This document shows, one piece after another, positions 59,224-64,000 of a stretch of DNA of 64,000 nucleotides. The notes under the pieces were generated by a model. That model was given only the letters and a program-made list of their open reading frames with translations. It searched no databases and was not told the origin of the DNA. This DNA comes from Guillardia theta CCMP2712. Lineage: Eukaryota > Protista > Cryptophyta. Location: positions 62,001-126,000 of the forward strand of contig NW_005434578.1 of assembly GCF_000315625.1 (NCBI RefSeq), read 5' to 3'. The position numbers and the translations under genes were made by a program. The first letter of the stretch is position 1. The number at the start of each line of letters is the position of its first letter.

Positions 59224-61380
59224 TCAGGAGGGGAAGACTTGCTGCTGCCGCTGCTGCCGCTGCAACGAACTATCAGACAGTTTCCTACAAGGGGCAGGGC
59301 CGAACCTGTTGGAGCTGTCGTAGAGCGCTTTCTGGGCAGAGCGCCTGAGTCCTTCCGTAAGAGCCAGCACGTACTCAACATCGGAGCTCAGATCCTGCAT
59401 GTCCGTAGCATACGCGAGCTTCGGGCCTGATCCTGGTTTCATCTTCTCCACACTGTGCGGGTTGAGACACTTTTCTTTGATCATGCGGCACCTTCCCTGC
59501 AGCTCTTCCCAGGCCTGTGGGGAGTAGGATCGCAAAGGACTGCTGTTGACCCGCTTCCCGCTTGCGCTGTACCTCCTGCACACCGCCTTGGAATCCGTGT
59601 ACAGCAGAGACCTCGCATTGCCTCCTGGGTCTACGTTCTCAATGTCGTCAACGTCCGTCAGCGGCACCCTCTTGGCCGGCCCGAGAGACGTCTGAGGAGT
59701 TCGTGCTCTGGCCCTGATGTATCCTTCAGCAAGGTGCTGGTGGGGCTCAGGGGTTGCGACCGTCCACGCCGGTGCTCTGCTGGTCTTGGGAGTGAATTCC
59801 TGGGAGAGGAAATTTCCTGTCCCTTCGCTGGTGGATGCAGAGGCTTCTTTTGCATCCGTTGCACTCCTTGTAGGGCTCGTGACATTCATCGCTGAGTCAG
59901 CAGAATTTCTCAGGACCAGCATCGGCTGCTTCTGAGTCGGAGTGCTCCCATCGCCCCATGATCGCCGAAAAACTATTCGCCTTCGATCGTTCTTAATCAA
60001 GGGTCTGTGGTGAGAGGCTCCTGAGGGAGACTGCGCGGAAGACCCTGATTCCTCCAAACTTTTCTCTCGCGCGATCGCCGGGCTTACAAAGAGATTGCAT
60101 GGGGTCGGGACTGTGGAGGATCTTCTTGCGGGATATCTTTCCCGAGCTTGGCTTGAGGAGTGATCGCTGGTTGAGTCAAAGAGGACGGCATCTTCTTGCC
60201 CATCATCATCTGCTCCACTCGCAGGCTCAGCGCAAGAAACATGGCCTGAAACTTGTACACGCTGCACAACATTCAGATTGAAAGGAGCTGGGTCGGAGGA
60301 GGGGTACTCCACTTCGCAGGTCTGGACATGGACCGATTGATAGTCTATTTTGTCGGCATCTCCTCGAGCCTTGAGAGTTTCTATCTCTTCCTCTAAATTT
60401 CGAACTCGGTCCTGAAGCCTAAGATTCTCCTTTTGGCAAGCATCAAAATTTCGATTTGCCTGCTTCAGATCTTTTGCAACAGTTTCGGCTTCAACCTGTT
60501 TGGCATCAAAGGCTCTCTTGAGATCGTCCAGCTTCTTGAGGAGTTCCATCTCTTGCTGCTTGAACCGAGCTCGTTCAATACGGATCTGAACTGCCGAGTA
60601 GTTGAGGATCGAGTCAGGCGAGGGTCGCTTCCTTGGGTCCTTGTCGAGCAGTTTGCCAATGATGAATGGGATCTCCCTTGAGTAGTGAGACGGCACGTGC
60701 GCCTCTGGTGGATCGTTCACAATCTTCTTGAGCAGTTGAGGCTGATTTGCTGCTTGGAAAGGTGGTTTGCATGTCACCAGCTCGAACAGCAGGCATCCGA
60801 GCGCCCAGACATCTGACTTGGTGTCGTAGGGCTTACCTTCACAGATCTCAGGTGAGAAGTAGATCGGAGTCCCAACTTGCGAGATCGCACATGTCGTCTT
60901 GCTGGAGAGGACCTTTCCAAGGCCAAGATCACCTATCTTAATGTCTCCGTTCTGGTCTAGGAAGACGTTGGACGCCTTCACGTCCCTGTGGAGTACTCGC
61001 CGGGAGTGCATATGTTGCAGCCCGAGAGTGATCTGAATGAGATAAGACCAGAACTGTTCCTCTGTGATGTACTTGCCAGCAGCTGAGTTCCTCTTGATCA
61101 CGGCCGCAAGATCGCCACCGGAAGCATACTCCATCACGATATGAAGAACGTCGTTCTCAACGAAGGACTCTACGCACGACACGATGTGCCGATGGTCGAG
61201 CTTCTTGATTATCTCGGTCTCGTTGAGGATCTCGTTCTCCTCCTCCTTGGAGACGCCTAGCAACGACACCTCCTTGATCACCAGCACCTTCCCGTCTGAG
61301 TTCCTTGTCACCTTGAACACGTCCCCGTAGCTTCCTCGCCCGATCTTGTTCATCCGCGTGTACGCCGACATGCTGGCCAT
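59224..61380 (-). CDS. NEK: NIMA-related (NEK) Ser/Thr kinase with coiled coil
   Basis: IGRGSYG, VIKEV, HIVMEYASGGDL, HRDVKASNVFL, GDLG, VGTPIYFSPEICEGKPYDTKSDVWALGC. Confidence 0.93.
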   Translation of the reverse strand: MASMSAYTRMNKIGRGSYGDVFKVTRNSDGKVLVIKEVSLLGVSKEEENEILNETEIIKKLDHRHIVSCVESFVENDVLHIVMEYASGGDLAAVIKRNSAAGKYITEEQFWSYLIQITLGLQHMHSRRVLHRDVKASNVFLDQNGDIKIGDLGLGKVLSSKTTCAISQVGTPIYFSPEICEGKPYDTKSDVWALGCLLFELVTCKPPFQAANQPQLLKKIVNDPPEAHVPSHYSREIPFIIGKLLDKDPRKRPSPDSILNYSAVQIRIERARFKQQEMELLKKLDDLKRAFDAKQVEAETVAKDLKQANRNFDACQKENLRLQDRVRNLEEEIETLKARGDADKIDYQSVHVQTCEVEYPSSDPAPFNLNVVQRVQVSGHVSCAEPASGADDDGQEDAVLFDSTSDHSSSQARERYPARRSSTVPTPCNLFVSPAIAREKSLEESGSSAQSPSGASHHRPLIKNDRRRIVFRRSWGDGSTPTQKQPMLVLRNSADSAMNVTSPTRSATDAKEASASTSEGTGNFLSQEFTPKTSRAPAWTVATPEPHQHLAEGYIRARARTPQTSLGPAKRVPLTDVDDIENVDPGGNARSLLYTDSKAVCRRYSASGKRVNSSPLRSYSPQAWEELQGRCRMIKEKCLNPHSVEKMKPGSGPKLAYATDMQDLSSDVEYVLALTEGLRRSAQKALYDSSNRFGPAPCRKLSDSSLQRQQRQQQVFPS

Positions 61381-61912
61381 GGCAGTGCACGCAGGAGAGG
61401 GGGCGAACCGAGACAGGAGTGAGGAGGGAGGGAGCAGGTACACACTAGAGAGAGAGAGTCAGTCCTCACTCTCCTCCTCCTCCTCTATCCTTCGCTTCCT
61501 CCATGCGCATGAAATGCCAGCGGAGGGGCTTTCGAGCGCGGAAGGCGATCCCCTAATGTTTGTACCCCTCATCCCCTAACAAAGTTTGCTGCCTTCGAGG
61601 TTCAACCTACAAATAGCCTGAAAGTGTCTATTTTCAAATCAATGCCTTGAAAGATAACTAACATTGCACTTGAGGCGAGCTCGATATCTCGTGCCTTGGC
61701 ATGAAAATGCACTTTTCTCGCGCCTTCCTGCCCTCCCTCTCATAGGCGTTCCCTGCAATGCCTGCCCATCCTCTCCCCTCCCTCTCTTTCCACTTGATCT
61801 GTTTCAGCACCGCTCTAGTCAGGTAGCAAGGCCTGTACTCGTACAACGACATACAGTCGTCGAAGAAGATCGCTATAGGCCAGACTATCCATCCACAACG
61901 ATCCCCTAAGGC

Positions 61913-64000
61913 ATGCAGGTAAGCTTTCCCTTCTCCTCTACAAGACAGGGGCATGACCTAGCCTCCATATAGATAGGGAAGGTTGAGTATCGGATATCCT
62001 TGCTGACGGTGTCTGGAGCTCTGGCATGGTTGGCATACAGCTGCACGCTGGTGTCCAGGGAACATCATACAAACCTTCAAACATTCAGAGACATCATCAG
62101 CAGAGGTCATGCACACTCGCTCCATGCGCAACTGACACACGTTCAGGGTGGATTCCTTTCTCAACAGGCATCGATCTGACGGACTCCCAATGGAGAACCT
62201 GGAGGAGTCAAGCCGTTTATTTGCTTCCGTACATGGTCCCCTTGCCTTTCTTCTGCTAGATGTCGCTCAATCGCCTCTGTAGATCTTGATGGTGCACCTG
62301 CGAAGGTGGCTTTGTGGATCAGGAAGGATGCATCGTGTTTCCTTTACGGCACTTTGGTCTATCATGAATGTGATCATCCTACATGGCAATGGAACTTTCT
62401 ACCTGTTGGCGTTCACGATCGTGAACTATTATGGTGCAAAGCTGTTGGTGAGGACGAGGTACATGAAGGTGTTTACCTGGATCTTTTCTTTTGCTATGCT
62501 GCTGCTTTCGAAGCTGTGGGATGACATGTGAGAGAAGTTCCTTGGATGGTTCTTTCCTCATCGTTGCATAGGGGATCGCTTCCATATCTGCAGGGGTTGT
62601 CAAGCACGATAAGTTTTCTTGAAGAGAGCCTAAGAGCAATTTTTGGTCCGACAATTTTCTCTGTCATTAATAGCTACAGGTAGAAATCGATGATTTTCTT
62701 CTCCGCTTAAAGCTGTCATGGCTAGTGGAGTGTATCGGTGGAACAAACCCTTCAATCTGTTGTTTCTCCGCATCATCAGCTACAATTGCGATGTACGTGA
62801 CCAATCGTTGGTTATTGTTTTCTCACACATTGATGTCTTCTGAAGGTTTGCGACAACGCCAGGAATAGTGCATCTGTGGATGCGAAGGGCGAACAGAAAA
62901 ACCGAACTATCGAGGATGGTTTCTTGTAAGTTTAACCCGTGCTGTGTTTAATTTCGAATCTATCCATCTGAAACTGACTCGCATCGATCTTTCTCTCTAT
63001 ATCTCTCTCACTGAGCGCACCAGGACGTATCTCTGTTTCCTTCTCTATCCTCCACTCTACGCCACAGGACCCCTTATTCACTTTGAAGACTTCTCGTAAG
63101 TGTGATGTCTCGTTTGCTATCTCCTTCTCGTTTCAAGCTTCGATGACGACTGCTGGTGAATTTCAGAGCACAACTACACACACAACGCAACAGTGAGTCG
63201 GCAGCCAAGGACAGGGTCAATGCCAGCTCTGGATGGAGACTGATGTTCAAATGTGCTCTGTATTTTCTTGCCATGGAGTTCATGCTGCATTTCATCCACC
63301 TGCATGCCATCAGCCGAAATCTGCACACTATTTTTCATCTCTACAGCAAGAGCGTGCTCTACCTCCCTCCCTGGGAAGTTATGGCTGTTGGGTTCTACAT
63401 GTTGAACTACACATACATGAAGGTCGGTGATGTCGAGACTCCAATTGTGACGGGAGTTTGACATCTTGCTGCAGTTTCTCATCATTTGGCGGTCTGCAAT
63501 GTCGGTAGCGAAGATGGACGAAATCGAGACTATTGACAACATGAATCGTGATTGATATCAACATATCAACACTGAGAGTGTGTATGACTTTCTTGCTGCA
63601 AGGTTGCGTCTGCAACAACTACACCTTCGTGGGGTTTTGGCGATCGTGGCATCGAAGTCTACACATGTGGGTTCTCAGGTACAACTTCTTGGATCCTTTT
63701 CCTCCTCATCCTCGCAGTCTGCTTGCTGTCCTTGCTATGCCTTTCCCCCTGTCCTTTATGCCTTTCACCCGTTATTGCCTTCCTCCATCCCATGCTCTGC
63801 TCCGCTCGGATCTCTACTTTCTATATCCCCCATTGACATCACCAGCTATCTTCTCTCCGCTGTCTCCTTCTCTGTCAGCCATTCACTGTCTTTGCAGGTA
63901 CATGTATCACCCGATGGGAGGGCACAGCCGTCGCCTCCTCATAGTCTGGCCCATCTTCATCTTCATCGGCCTATGGCACGATCTCGAGTGGACGTGGCTG
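61913..64000 (+). CDS. MBOAT acyltransferase, GUP1/HHAT-like, multi-exon, truncated by window end
   Basis: GIDLTDSQWRTWR, FNLLFLRIISYNCD, LYPPLYATGP, CVCNNYTFVGFWRSWHRS, MYHPMGG, FIGLWHDLEW. Confidence 0.88.

Overview
Eukaryotic nuclear DNA, gene-dense (about 25 loci), with many very short (~45-55 nt) spliceosomal introns. Several proteins carry signal peptide + transit peptide presequences (SAF/PAF motifs). This points to an alga with a red-derived complex plastid, most likely a cryptophyte such as Guillardia (inference, not checked). Recognisable genes: S41/CtpA protease, class II PRPP synthetase, EF-hand protein, two ARM-repeat proteins, two HMG-box proteins, a multi-CBM20 glucan phosphatase, three more PDZ proteins, a Ulp1-like remnant, GTP cyclohydrolase II fused to a degenerate DHBP synthase (reversed RibA-RibB order), a PX protein, a CCCH-methyltransferase, an NADP-dependent alkenal reductase, a nucleoredoxin-like protein, Gemin7, a NEK kinase and a GUP1/HHAT-like MBOAT. 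The most striking unexplained signal is intergenic. Spacers follow a repeated architecture with two parts. (i) GpC-depleted tracts (CpG retained where counted) are GGGT-rich upstream of minus-strand genes and ACCC-rich upstream of plus-strand genes; they look like the product of strand-biased C>T/C>G hypermutation at GpC. (ii) Very GC-rich islands are built from short palindromes and micro-duplications, bordered by AACTT clusters and shared 11-23 bp motifs. Exon boundaries were read by eye and are approximate.
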